Part shown: piece after piece, positions 8,411 through 17,098 of the stretch
Position numbering within the stretch: position 1 is the stretch's first letter
How the letters are laid out: each line of letters begins with the position of its first letter
From: a virus
Lineage: Duplodnaviria > Heunggongvirae > Uroviricota > Caudoviricetes
Length of the DNA: 25,637 nt
Strand: one strand, 5' to 3'
Virus record (IMG/VR): IMGVR_UViG_2671181122_000005
Span: 1-25,637 of that record
The notes under the pieces: generated by a model
The model's input: the letters and a program-made list of their open reading frames with translations, nothing else
Database searches by the model: none
What the model was told of the DNA's origin: nothing
Position numbers and translations under genes: made by a program

Positions 8411-8611
8411 CTAGTAACGTCTAAAATATCGAACATTTCCCTGATAAAATGCCAGTATGCGCTGCATAACTTCACTCATTGTGGTGGTTTCTTCCGGCAG
8501 TTCTGCCTGCGCTGGCTGTTCCTGCTGAACGTTGTTATCAGCCACACGCCAGGTGTACGCGCTTTTATCAACAAAACCAGCCTTTTTCAGTTCCCATAGT
8601 TCGTTCAGCAC
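8411..8611 (-). CDS. Small protein downstream of P (66 aa, GTG start), possibly the 3' part of a frameshifted gene starting at 8685
   Basis: A 26-codon ORF ([26 protein letters not shown]) with a strong SD (GGGAGGA) starts at 8685 in another frame and abuts this ORF. Confidence 0.3.
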   Translation of the reverse strand: MLNELWELKKAGFVDKSAYTWRVADNNVQQEQPAQAELPEETTTMSEVMQRILAFYQGNVRYFRRY

Positions 8612-8717
8612 TTCTTCACGCGCGCAGCAAGTTCTATGGATGTGGCTTTTCCCATTGCTTTCAGTGCGTCAAAAACAGTCTCCATAAATTTCCTCCCGGT
8701 AAAAATTACTTCTCAAC

Positions 8718-9383
8718 TCAAACAAGCCCAGCCGCTTTCCGGCGTTCATATTCCTGTTTCAGCAACTCAATTGGCGTTGGCCCCGACGGGCGTTTGGGTG
8801 CCGCCAGTTGTCGCCGGACTGGCGGAACGCTCAGGCCGTTACTAACATGCTTTGCCCATTTCGTCAGCTGCCGTTCTGCAAGCCGTTTTAATTCCCCTTC
8901 GGTCATCTGGCGCTCAACCCCCTTTGAACGCATCTCGAGGCAAATGTGATACAGCACAGGCTGAGACCACGGGTACTTATCACTTCCGTCGTATCGCCAG
9001 GACTCATTGCGCCAGCGGCGGTACTCCTCCATCACAGCATCCACCGTCAGACCGAATGGATTGGCTCCGCTTTCCGAAATCAGTGCCACAAACTCAGCCA
9101 GGTCCGGAGGCCATGTTTCACCCTCCCGGCAGCGGTCCATGCACTGGCGGCAGACCTGTCGGATTTGCTGCTCAGTCATCGCACCAATCTGTGCAATCCA
9201 GAGCTTCGAAGGTGCGGCCCCGTTCTTCTGGGTCCAGCGGTTCGAATAAACCTCCCCCATGAGTTCCCACAGCTTCCACGCCGTTTCCGTCGCGGATAAA
9301 TCCGTTTTCACGTTCCCACTGCTCACGTGCTGCCCGAATTTCCTGAACTGCCCGTGATGCGGTGCCCCCTGGTGCTGCTGCAT
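8718..9383 (-). CDS. Replication protein P-like (DnaB loader), start uncertain
   Basis: Similarity to lambda P from memory in segments such as PWSQPVLYHICLEMR and MTEGELKRLAERQL. The ORF overlaps the O-like ORF by about 210 nt, so the true start may be an internal Met (9260 or 9179). Confidence 0.6.
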   Translation of the reverse strand: MQQHQGAPHHGQFRKFGQHVSSGNVKTDLSATETAWKLWELMGEVYSNRWTQKNGAAPSKLWIAQIGAMTEQQIRQVCRQCMDRCREGETWPPDLAEFVALISESGANPFGLTVDAVMEEYRRWRNESWRYDGSDKYPWSQPVLYHICLEMRSKGVERQMTEGELKRLAERQLTKWAKHVSNGLSVPPVRRQLAAPKRPSGPTPIELLKQEYERRKAAGLV

Positions 9384-10278
9384 GGTTCACCCCCTTGCTG
9401 ACTGGTTTAACCTGCGCCCTGACGTGATTTACGTGACGGGCGAATTTCTGCTCCCACTGAATCTGCGTAAACACTTTCCCCTCATCACTCCAGTAATCCC
9501 GGAATGCGGCAAGTTCAGCAGGTGTAAATTCCGGCTCCGGCAAAGCCATCCCCCACAACGCAGCCCGTCGTCGAAAATCCCGCGACGGATGCCAGCTATC
9601 GGTCATCAGAAATTTTCCGATGGGTTCTCTCAGGCCATCCAGGAATACTGCCTGTAACGACAAAACTTCCTGCTCACTGGTCAGAGCACTCTCGCGTGCG
9701 TTATGTGTGGGGTTTAGAACTTTGGGTTCCTTTGGGTTCCGTGATCCGTTTTTGGGTGTCTTTGATGGAAAATTTGGGTGTCTTTGGTTATTTTCCATGC
9801 AGCTAAGAGTTCCGTTTTTGGGTCTGTTTTGTGCTGAAACATAACCATTTTCGGTACTGTTTTTATTAACAGCACCAATTTTACCCACCTTTAAAGACTC
9901 CCGTTTTTGGGTGTATTCAGGCTCGGCAACACTTTCTTCTACACCGATAAGTCGGTACACCACAATTTGCTTTGTTCTGCCTTTTCTCTCACCGGTATCA
10001 ACAATTAACCCAATCTCCATCAGGTGTCGTAAGCTGTCCTGCACTGTCTTTTTGTTCAGTTCCGTTACTTCTGCCAGGGCAGATACAGACGGGTATGCAC
10101 ACAAATCGGCACCGCACATATCAGCAAGCCAGGTCAATACTGACTTACTGGATGAACTGCCGGTTTTCACCTTTTTAGCCCATCGTAGTGCATCGATACT
10201 CATACGAACCCCTGGCAGACATTTGTTTATCTGCAAAGTAATATTGATATTGCTGACGATACGCATGCTTGAAAGCAA
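9172..10278 (-). CDS. Replication initiator O-like protein with HTH N-terminus and internal origin iterons
   Basis: 368-aa ORF with an HTH-like N-terminal region. The central part is encoded by the iteron array (PKNG-type repeats in the protein), as for lambda O/ori. Confidence 0.65.
   Translation of the reverse strand: MLSSMRIVSNINITLQINKCLPGVRMSIDALRWAKKVKTGSSSSKSVLTWLADMCGADLCAYPSVSALAEVTELNKKTVQDSLRHLMEIGLIVDTGERKGRTKQIVVYRLIGVEESVAEPEYTQKRESLKVGKIGAVNKNSTENGYVSAQNRPKNGTLSCMENNQRHPNFPSKTPKNGSRNPKEPKVLNPTHNARESALTSEQEVLSLQAVFLDGLREPIGKFLMTDSWHPSRDFRRRAALWGMALPEPEFTPAELAAFRDYWSDEGKVFTQIQWEQKFARHVNHVRAQVKPVSKGVNHAAAPGGTASRAVQEIRAAREQWERENGFIRDGNGVEAVGTHGGGLFEPLDPEERGRTFEALDCTDWCDD
9715..9915. 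repeat. Iteron array (TTTGGGT-containing direct repeats), putative phage origin of replication inside the O-like gene
   Basis: At least 5-6 copies of ccgtttttgggtgt / ctttgggttcc-type repeats between 9720 and 9915, with an adjacent AT-rich stretch (9840-9890). Confidence 0.6.
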
Positions 10279-10726
10279 TAGCTTTTTCTATAAGCTCGTC
10301 AGTCTCACGTTCCACAACAGCTGGATCCGCAAAAAGCAGCCCGGACTCCACCACATCGCCATATTCTTTGTTTAATCCGGCGATCATGTACGTAATGCTT
10401 TTTCCATCACTGATCTCACGATACAGCCTGAAATCACTAATTCGGATAGCCTCCATAATTGCCGGAATCAGCGCCGTGAATTTTTTCCGCTTATCCCTGG
10501 TGTCGATAGCTTTCCAGCGTTCGAATATCTTCACCCGGTTAACGCCCAGCGCCCGTTGATCAACCTCGCCATCATTAAACGTGACGCGTTGAACATCGAT
10601 GTTCGGGCGTTCTTTCAGAGCCCAGAATGCTTCCGTGATTAATATCGTCGCCTGCTCCTGTGTCATTCCTGGTCGGCATACCCAGGCATCCAGAGCCTCA
10701 CAAACCTGTTCAGGGGTGATTTTCAT
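10175..10726 (-). CDS. Phage early protein (183 aa) in the cII position; YdaT-like assignment is tentative
   Basis: ORF directly downstream of the cro-like gene, overlapping it by 17 nt. Family assignment is weak. Confidence 0.5.
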   Translation of the reverse strand: MKITPEQVCEALDAWVCRPGMTQEQATILITEAFWALKERPNIDVQRVTFNDGEVDQRALGVNRVKIFERWKAIDTRDKRKKFTALIPAIMEAIRISDFRLYREISDGKSITYMIAGLNKEYGDVVESGLLFADPAVVERETDELIEKAIAFKHAYRQQYQYYFADKQMSARGSYEYRCTTMG

Positions 10727-10937
10727 TGTTCAACCGCCCCGCCCGCTTTGCCTTACGATATTCGTCATAAACTTTGGGGTCGTACTGAAGTTCCCCGCCG
10801 GATGCCTCTTGCAGGCGCATCGCGCGACCTTCAGGAACCAGTTCCCCCCATTGAGAAACAGCAGATGGATCAACACCAGCAGCTTTCGCTACTTTGGCTT
10901 TCGTCCCATAAAAATTAATTACGTCTGATTTAAACAT
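10710..10937 (-). CDS. dicC: Cro-like repressor DicC/YdaS family (75 aa from the Met at 10937)
   Basis: MFKSDVINFYGTKAKVAKAAGVDPSAVSQWGELVPEGRAMRLQEASGGELQYDPKVY... The ATG at 10937 has a GGAGGGG SD. Divergent from dicA. Confidence 0.7.
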   Translation of the reverse strand: MFKSDVINFYGTKAKVAKAAGVDPSAVSQWGELVPEGRAMRLQEASGGELQYDPKVYDEYRKAKRAGRLNNENHP

Positions 10938-11014
10938 CACCCCTCCAAAGTTGAGTTTTCTCAATAGTAATCACTCAAGGAATCTCAAGTCAAGGGTTAT
11001 TAAGATATCTAAAT
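10938..11014. promoter_or_regulatory. Divergent dicC/dicA promoter-operator region containing the palindrome TTGAGTTTTCTCAA (10951-10964)
   Basis: 77-bp intergenic region between divergent repressor genes. A perfect 14-bp palindrome lies here, and a near copy recurs at 11485-11497. Confidence 0.45.
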
Positions 11015-11422
11015 ATGAACGAGAAAACTTTAGGTCAACGAATTAGAGAAAGACGCAAACAGGTTGGTTTAAGTCAAAACGATTTAAGCAAAGCTGCTGG
11101 CGTATCTGGCTCATCAATTTCACTATGGGAAAGCGACCATACAGCCCCGCGCGGGCAAAATTTGCATCGCCTGGCTGAGGTATTGCAATGTTCACCAACT
11201 TGGATACTGTTTGGTGACGAGGATAAAACACCAGATCCACCAGTTGCACTCAACAGCGCCTTAGACTTATCGGAAGATGAGTTGGAGATGTTGCGATTGT
11301 ATCGCGCACTTCCAAAATCAGAGCAGCAAGCACAAATCAGCGAACTCCGTGCCCGCGTTGAGAATTTTAATCGCCTATTCACCGAGCTACTAGAAGCTCG
11401 CAAACGTAACAAACATCAATAA
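11015..11422 (+). CDS. dicA: XRE-family repressor DicA (135 aa)
   Basis: The translation matches K-12 DicA along its length as I recall it (e.g. VLQCSPTWILFGDEDK, ELRARVENFNRLFTELLEARKRN). Confidence 0.9.
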   Translation: MNEKTLGQRIRERRKQVGLSQNDLSKAAGVSGSSISLWESDHTAPRGQNLHRLAEVLQCSPTWILFGDEDKTPDPPVALNSALDLSEDELEMLRLYRALPKSEQQAQISELRARVENFNRLFTELLEARKRNKHQ

Positions 11423-11484
11423 CCCCCCTTCACAAATTTTAAAGCCTTACATTTCAATGTATTGGCTTTATTTTGCATTAAATA

Positions 11485-11540
11485 TTGAGTTTTCTCATTA
11501 AAAGTACTTGACCAATATTCATGAGAAAACTAAATTACGA
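11485..11540 (+). promoter_or_regulatory. Putative DicA-repressed promoter of the ydfA-dicF-dicB operon (operator TTGAGTTTTCTCA, -35 TTGACC, -10 TAAATT)
   Basis: Operator-like repeat at 11485-11497, followed by TTGACC (11508-11513), a 17-bp spacer and TAAATT (11531-11536). Confidence 0.4.
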
Positions 11541-11613
11541 TCCATCAAGACACCGCACGGTGTTCTCAGCAAACAGTTCCGCTACCCCGGCGTTAAGGGG
11601 AAATGAGGTCAAC

Positions 11614-11766
11614 ATGGATACTATCGATCTTGGCAACAACGAATCTCTGGTGTACGGCGTGTTCCCCAACCAGGGCGGTACGTTCACCGCGATGACATAT
11701 ACCAAAAGCAAAACGTTTAAAACCGGATCTGGCGCGCGTTGCTGGTTAGCCAGAAACACTGACTGA
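11614..11766 (+). CDS. ydfA: YdfA-like small protein (50 aa)
   Basis: The internal Met, with a GAGG SD, gives MDTIDLGNNESLVYGVFPNQGGTFTAMTYTKSKTFKTGSGARCWLARNTD. Size and position match K-12 ydfA. Confidence 0.6.
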   Translation: MDTIDLGNNESLVYGVFPNQGGTFTAMTYTKSKTFKTGSGARCWLARNTD

Positions 11767-12143
11767 TGAGGCTGACGATGGAATTTAAAGATTTACCGTC
11801 TGATGTACAGAAAACAGCAGCTCATACATTGCATTCTGTGCTGCGAGAAATCGGGAAAGATATTGCAAGCGAGCCAGCAAAAGATCTGGCCCGGAAAATC
11901 AAGACCGCTTTCGTTGAGCTTTATAATGTTGGCACTGACTCTGAAACTGTCGAGACCAAGACCGTAAGTTCACCAATATTCTCACTTGAGCCAAGCGTAT
12001 TATCAGGTGAAATATGCACCGAGATTTCCAGCGAACTGCTTCCGGTAATACGAGAAGCAATTTGCCGTCGCGGTTTGGATGGAAGTTACGATCATGACGT
12101 CCTGCAAGTTCTCAGGACAATGGTGACTTCACTGGGGATTTGA
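11766..12143 (+). CDS. YdfB/YdfC-like protein (121-125 aa)
   Basis: ORF overlapping the ydfA stop (TGATG). An alternative start at 11778 has a GAGG SD. It occupies the ydfB-ydfC position upstream of dicF. Confidence 0.55.
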   Translation: MRLTMEFKDLPSDVQKTAAHTLHSVLREIGKDIASEPAKDLARKIKTAFVELYNVGTDSETVETKTVSSPIFSLEPSVLSGEICTEISSELLPVIREAICRRGLDGSYDHDVLQVLRTMVTSLGI

Positions 12144-12312
12144 TCCCTGCGTCCTCTAACCTTTTGATATAGCGGTCCTCCAAGAAGCGGTAAATTTTGT
12201 CGAAATCATCTTTCCCCTCTGGTTTATTCAGAGGATTACAGGACCCGTAAGTAGCGGCATACATTTCAACCGTTTTATCAAAAATATAAGAGACAAATTC
12301 TTCTTTAGTCAT
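12112..12312 (-). CDS. Small convergent ORF (66 aa) with a strong SD, inside the dicB operon region
   Basis: ATG at 12312 preceded by AAGGAAATCTAT, encoding MTKEEFVSYIFDKTVEMYAATYGSCNPLNKPEGKDDFDKIYRFLEDRYIKRLEDAGIKSPVKSPLS. No family recognised. Confidence 0.35.
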   Translation of the reverse strand: MTKEEFVSYIFDKTVEMYAATYGSCNPLNKPEGKDDFDKIYRFLEDRYIKRLEDAGIKSPVKSPLS

Positions 12313-12587
12313 ATAGATTTCCTTCTTGGTTATTCGGGATAAGAAGGATACCACCTCGCCTGACGTGGTTAAAAGCAGGCACACAACACGAAAGCGCACG
12401 GCGAAGTTCGTCTCACTGTACGGTGTCGTTAAATTTAATTCGACCGTGCGCTTCCGGTTGTGGCAACCCGCGAAATGGCGCGGCGGTAAGTATGGCGGGG
12501 TTATTCCTTCCCCCGTTGAGGACACCGGGTTGTCAGGTTGACCATACGCTTAAGTGACAACCCCGCTGCAACGCCCTCTGTTATCAA

Positions 12588-12646
12588 TTTTCTGGTGACG
12601 TTTGGCGGTATCAGTTTTACTCCGTGACTGCTCTGCCGCCGTTTTT
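12588..12646 (+). ncRNA. dicF: DicF small regulatory RNA (ftsZ-targeting sRNA)
   Basis: TTTCTGGTGACGTTTGGCGGTATCAGTTTTACTCCGTGACTGCTCTGCCGCC followed by a T-run matches the K-12 DicF sequence as I recall it. It lies between ydfC and dicB as expected. Confidence 0.85.
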
Positions 12647-12815
12647 AAAGTGAATTTTGTGATGCGGTGAATGCGGCTGAGCGCACGCGGAACAGTTAAA
12701 ACCAAAAACAGTGTTATGGGTGGATTCTCTGTATCCGGCGTTAATTGTTAACTGGTTAACGTCACCTGGAGGCACCAGGCACCGCATCACAAAATTCATT
12801 GTTGAGGACGCGATA

Positions 12816-13004
12816 ATGGAAACGTTATTACCAAACGTTAATACGTCTGAAGGTTGTTTTGATATTGGTGTTCTGCTCAGTAACCGGGAGTTTACTGAAG
12901 ATGCCATTAATATGAGGAAATATGAGCCTTATCTGCTCAATGATAATTCCATACTTTCCCGAATTGCTCTTCTTGAACTTGGTATTTTCGGAGAACGTCA
13001 ATGA
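12816..13004 (+). CDS. dicB: Cell division inhibitor DicB (62 aa)
   Basis: METLLPNVNTSEGCFDIGVLLSNREFTEDAINMRKYEPYLLN... matches the DicB N-terminus. The start is the internal Met of the 97-aa ORF. Confidence 0.85.
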   Translation: METLLPNVNTSEGCFDIGVLLSNREFTEDAINMRKYEPYLLNDNSILSRIALLELGIFGERQ

Positions 13005-13189
13005 CTTCAGCATTTGCACTGATGATGACGGTTTTTCTTATAACGGGTGAATCACAGAATGTGATTACCAGAATTTATGCCAGTAAAGAATCCTGCCTCC
13101 AGGCAAGAGACGAGCAAAAAATTTCTGGTGAATGCCTCCCGGTAAAAAAAGTATCGCTGTACCTGAATAACGAAACACCGGCTGGATAA
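13001..13189 (+). CDS. ydfD: YdfD-like small lysis-associated membrane protein (62 aa)
   Basis: MTSAFALMMTVFLITGESQNVITRIYASKESCLQARDEQKISGECLPVKK... overlaps the dicB stop. Position and size match Qin ydfD. Confidence 0.75.
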   Translation: MTSAFALMMTVFLITGESQNVITRIYASKESCLQARDEQKISGECLPVKKVSLYLNNETPAG

Positions 13190-13284
13190 CCCTCCAGCCA
13201 TATTAACACCATACCAACGGATTAAAAATGCCAGCAATGGCAGGGATTCGTTCACCCTGAAATCTGTAATGAGGTTAAAACAAA

Positions 13285-15759
13285 ATGAGTAAGGTCTTTA
13301 TTTGCGCTGCTATTCCTGATGAACAGGCAATAAAGGAAGAAGGTGCCGTCGCTGTAGCCACTGCCATTGAAGCCGGTGATGAACGTCGCGCCCGCGCAAA
13401 ATTTCACTGGCAATTCCTGGAACATTATCCGGCTGCTCAGGACTGCGCTTATAAATTTCTTGTTTGCGAGGATAAACCCGGTATACCCCGCCCTGCCCTC
13501 GATTCCTGGGATGCTGAATATATGCAGGAAAACCGCTGGGATGAGGAATCCGCTTCCTTTATTCCGGTCGAACCAGAATCCGATCCGATGAACGTCAATT
13601 TTGACAAGCTGTCCCTTGAAGTACAGAACGCGGTCCTGGTTAAGTTCGGTACATGTGAAAACATCACCGTTGATATGGCGATTGACGCGCAGGAATTACT
13701 GCAGGAAGACGTTGCTACCTTTGACGGGCATATCGTTGAAGCACTGATGAAAACGCCTGAAATTAACGCTATGTATCCGGAACGCAAACTGTTCGCTATC
13801 GGATGGGTTAAACACAAATGTAATCCGGGTGCCAAATGGCCCGAAATTCAGGCTGAATTACGTAACTGGAAAAAACGGCAGGACGCAGAGCGCAAAGAGA
13901 CTGGGAAATACACGTCTGTTGTTGATCTCGCCAGCGCCAGAGTCAATCAACAGAACACTGAAAACTCAGCAGGAAAAATCAACCCAGTCACTGCCGCCAT
14001 TTGTCGCGAATACAAGCAGACATGGAAAACGCTGGATGAAGAACTGGCCTACGCTCTCTGGCCTGGCGATATTGATACCGGAAACATTGACGGCAGCATC
14101 CATCGCTGGGCAAAAAATGAAGTTATCGACAAAGATCGCGAAGACTGGAAGCACATTTCCGCATCAATGCGCAAACAACCCGATGCCGTTCGCTACGACC
14201 GTCAGACTATTTTTGGCCTTGTCCGTGAGCGTCCGATCGACATTCACAAAGATCCCGTAGCACTGAACAAATACATCACTGAATACCTGACTACCAAGGG
14301 CGTGTTTGAAGATGACGAAGGAACAAATCAGGGCACAGCTGGTACTCTCCCGTCACCAGTACCAGAAACTGATGCAGTGGAAACGGCAATGCCGGACAAC
14401 GAAAAAACCGAATGCGAAGTGGAAGACGAACCATCTGTAGAGCGTGAGGGACCGTTCTACTTCCTTTTCACTGATAAGGACGGCGAAAAATACGGTCGCG
14501 CAAACAAACTTTCTGGTCTGGAAAAAGCACTGGCCCTGGGAGCTACGGAAATCACAAAAGAGGAATACTTCGCACGTAAAAACGGCACGTACTCAGGTTC
14601 ACAACAAAATACTGGTGCATCTGACACGATCGCACAACCAGAGCCGGTAAAAGTTACCGCTGACGAAGTAAACAAAATTATGCAGGCAGCCAATATCAGC
14701 CAGCCTGACGCCAATAAGTTGCTTGCTGTATCACGTGGTGAATTTGTTGCAGGGATTAGCGACCCGAATGATCCGAAATGGGTGAAGGGGATTGAAACCC
14801 GCGATTCAGTGAATCAGAACCAGCAAGAAACGGAACAGAACGGCCAGAAAGCGGAACAAAACAGCCCAAATGCGTTACAAAACGAGCCAGAAACGAAACA
14901 ACCTGAACCAGTAGCGCAACAGGAACCGGAAAAAGTCTGCACCGCCTGCGGTCAGACCGGCGGCGGCAACTGCCCTGATTGTGGCGCGGTGATGGGCGAC
15001 GCAACATACCAGGAAACATTCGATGAAGAGTATCAGGTTGAAGTTCAGGAAGACGATTCGGAGAAAATGGAAGGCGCTGAACATCCACACAAGGAGAATG
15101 CTGGCAGCGCTCAGGACCACGCCAGCGATAGTGAAACTGGCGAGACGGCAGATCACTCAATTAAGGTGAACGGTCATCAAGAAATCACATCCACCAGCAG
15201 GACGTGTGACCATCTAATGATCGACCTTGAAACCATGGGAAAAAATCCTGATGCCCCGATCATCTCAATAGGTGCAATATTTTTCGATCCGCAAACCGGA
15301 GATATGGGACCGGAATTTAGTAAGACTATCGATCTGGAAACTGCTGGCGGAGTCATTGATCGGGACACCATTAAATGGTGGCTTAAGCAATCACGCGAAG
15401 CGCAATCTGCCATTATGACCGATGAAATCCCGTTAGATGATGCACTGTTACAATTGCGGGAATTTATCGACGAAAACTCCGGTGAATTTTTTGTTCAGGT
15501 CTGGGGAAATGGAGCCAACTTCGACAACACGATTTTGCGCCGTTCATACGAACGGCAGGGGATCCCCTGCCCGTGGCGTTACTACAACGATCGCGATGTA
15601 CGCACAATCGTTGAGCTGGGGAAAGCCATAGACTTCGATGCCAGAACGGCTATTCCATTCGAAGGTGAGCGCCATAATGCACTTGATGACGCCCGTTACC
15701 AGGCAAAATACGTTTCAGCTATCTGGCAAAAACTGATCCCGAGTCAGGCTGATTTTTAA
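13285..15759 (+). CDS. Large phage exonuclease-family protein (824 aa) with a C-terminal DnaQ-like 3'-5' exonuclease domain
   Basis: C-terminal DEDD-type motifs (MIDLETMG..., NGANFDNTILRR, HNALDDARY). The central region is acidic and Q/E-rich, with a CxxC...CxxC zinc ribbon (CTACGQTGGGNCPDCG). It sits where Qin ydfE lies. Confidence 0.8.
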   Translation: MSKVFICAAIPDEQAIKEEGAVAVATAIEAGDERRARAKFHWQFLEHYPAAQDCAYKFLVCEDKPGIPRPALDSWDAEYMQENRWDEESASFIPVEPESDPMNVNFDKLSLEVQNAVLVKFGTCENITVDMAIDAQELLQEDVATFDGHIVEALMKTPEINAMYPERKLFAIGWVKHKCNPGAKWPEIQAELRNWKKRQDAERKETGKYTSVVDLASARVNQQNTENSAGKINPVTAAICREYKQTWKTLDEELAYALWPGDIDTGNIDGSIHRWAKNEVIDKDREDWKHISASMRKQPDAVRYDRQTIFGLVRERPIDIHKDPVALNKYITEYLTTKGVFEDDEGTNQGTAGTLPSPVPETDAVETAMPDNEKTECEVEDEPSVEREGPFYFLFTDKDGEKYGRANKLSGLEKALALGATEITKEEYFARKNGTYSGSQQNTGASDTIAQPEPVKVTADEVNKIMQAANISQPDANKLLAVSRGEFVAGISDPNDPKWVKGIETRDSVNQNQQETEQNGQKAEQNSPNALQNEPETKQPEPVAQQEPEKVCTACGQTGGGNCPDCGAVMGDATYQETFDEEYQVEVQEDDSEKMEGAEHPHKENAGSAQDHASDSETGETADHSIKVNGHQEITSTSRTCDHLMIDLETMGKNPDAPIISIGAIFFDPQTGDMGPEFSKTIDLETAGGVIDRDTIKWWLKQSREAQSAIMTDEIPLDDALLQLREFIDENSGEFFVQVWGNGANFDNTILRRSYERQGIPCPWRYYNDRDVRTIVELGKAIDFDARTAIPFEGERHNALDDARYQAKYVSAIWQKLIPSQADF

Positions 15760-15817
15760 TGTTCAACCCTGATCGCCGCTAACCGCATATAGTTAGCGGC
15801 GGTTATGAGATATAGCT

Positions 15818-16021
15818 ATGAGCAGCTTATTTTTAACCGAAGATGAATTGCTAATATTAACGGGCTGCAAATATGCAAGCCACCAGCGAAAATGGTTAAT
15901 GGAAAACGGGCTTCCGTTCTATACCAATCGTAGTGGCAAACCGATTGTCAGCCGGGATCTATTTACCTGCAATAAAACTTTACCACCACGCGAGGTAGAG
16001 CCGAATTTTGGTGCGATCTGA
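15818..16021 (+). CDS. Excisionase-like protein (67 aa)
   Basis: Small ORF immediately upstream of int, with its stop overlapping the int ATG (TGATG). Typical xis placement. Confidence 0.6.
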   Translation: MSSLFLTEDELLILTGCKYASHQRKWLMENGLPFYTNRSGKPIVSRDLFTCNKTLPPREVEPNFGAI

Positions 16022-17046
16022 TGGGAAGACGAAGGAAAAATCCTGAACACGAAAAATTACCTCCAAATGTATACCCAAATAAATATAGTTATGTATGGAA
16101 ACCAACATCCAGAGAATCTGTAACACTAACCGCCATCAAGGATGGTTTAGCTGCTTTATGGAAAAAGTATGAGGAAACTGTAAATAATCGCGATCGTGCA
16201 ATGACATTCGGTCGCTTGTGGGAAAAATTCCTCGCCAGCGCCTGTTACAGTGACCTTAGCCCAAGAACACAAAAAGATTATCTGCAACATCAAAAAAAGT
16301 TGCTTGCCGTATTCGGTAAGGTACCAGCGGATTCCATAAAACCAGAACACATCCGTCGATACATGGACAAAAGAGGGGAACAGAGCAAAACGCAAGCCAA
16401 CCATGAAAAAAGCAGTATGTCCCGCGTTTACAGTTGGGGATATGAGCGAGGGTACGTGAAGGCTAACCCATGTGCAGGTGTAAGTAAATTCAAGGCCAAA
16501 AACCGCGAACGATATGTAACCGACAAAGAATACCAGGCAGTATTAAGCGTTGCACCTCTTCCTGTTTTTATCGCAATGGAAATTGCCTATCTGTGTGCAG
16601 CGAGGGTTTCCGATGTGTTATCGCTGAAATGGGAGCAGATTGGAAACGACGGGATCTTTATCCAGCAAGGGAAAACAGGGAAAAAACAGATAAAAGCATG
16701 GAGTCCACGATTACAGGCGGCGATCGAAAAAGCAAAACAGTTACCAACATCCGCCTATGTAATCAGCAATCAATACGGCAACCGATATATGTACAAAGGC
16801 TTTAACGAAATGTGGGTAGAAGCAAGAAATCGCGCAGGCAAAATTTCAGGTATTTTAACCGACTTCACCTTTCATGATCTGAAGGCGAAAGGAATTTCAG
16901 ACTATGAAGGAAGCAGTCGGGATAAGCAACTTTTCTCTGGTCACAAAACCGAAGGGCAAGTGCTAATCTATGACAGGAAGGTTAAAGTTTCACCAACACT
17001 TGATGTCCCGTTACCTGAAAATATTCCAAGACAATATTCCAAGTAA
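16021..17046 (+). CDS. Tyrosine integrase (lambda Int family, 341 aa)
   Basis: C-terminal catalytic region with HDLKAKG...SGHKTEGQVLIYDRK (R-H-R-Y pattern), adjacent to the att core. Confidence 0.9.
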   Translation: MGRRRKNPEHEKLPPNVYPNKYSYVWKPTSRESVTLTAIKDGLAALWKKYEETVNNRDRAMTFGRLWEKFLASACYSDLSPRTQKDYLQHQKKLLAVFGKVPADSIKPEHIRRYMDKRGEQSKTQANHEKSSMSRVYSWGYERGYVKANPCAGVSKFKAKNRERYVTDKEYQAVLSVAPLPVFIAMEIAYLCAARVSDVLSLKWEQIGNDGIFIQQGKTGKKQIKAWSPRLQAAIEKAKQLPTSAYVISNQYGNRYMYKGFNEMWVEARNRAGKISGILTDFTFHDLKAKGISDYEGSSRDKQLFSGHKTEGQVLIYDRKVKVSPTLDVPLPENIPRQYSK

Positions 17047-17053
17047 TTCCAAG
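17021..17053. repeat. Three tandem ATTCCAAG repeats at the int 3' end, candidate Int arm-type binding sites (a fourth copy lies at 17263-17272)
   Basis: atATTCCAAGacaatATTCCAAGtaATTCCAAG, with another ATATTCCAAG about 100 bp on the other side of the att core. Confidence 0.4.
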
Positions 17054-17098
17054 TGTGATTTTTGTCACTGACTTAATGATGTGTAAGTGATTGAATTT

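Noticed and set aside
8479-9299. Plus-strand ORFs (156, 136 and 117 aa) overlapping the P-like gene
   Set aside because: They are antisense to a well-supported P-like CDS in GC-rich DNA, with low-complexity Arg/Ser/Pro-rich translations and no RBS.
12326-12541. 71-aa plus-strand ORF upstream of dicF
   Set aside because: It lies in the expected DicF precursor/leader region, has no RBS, and its translation is Arg/Lys-rich and low in complexity.
13449-15413. Minus-strand ORFs (128, 134, 93 and 78 aa) inside the exonuclease gene
   Set aside because: They are antisense to a long, well-supported CDS and lack start-site signals.
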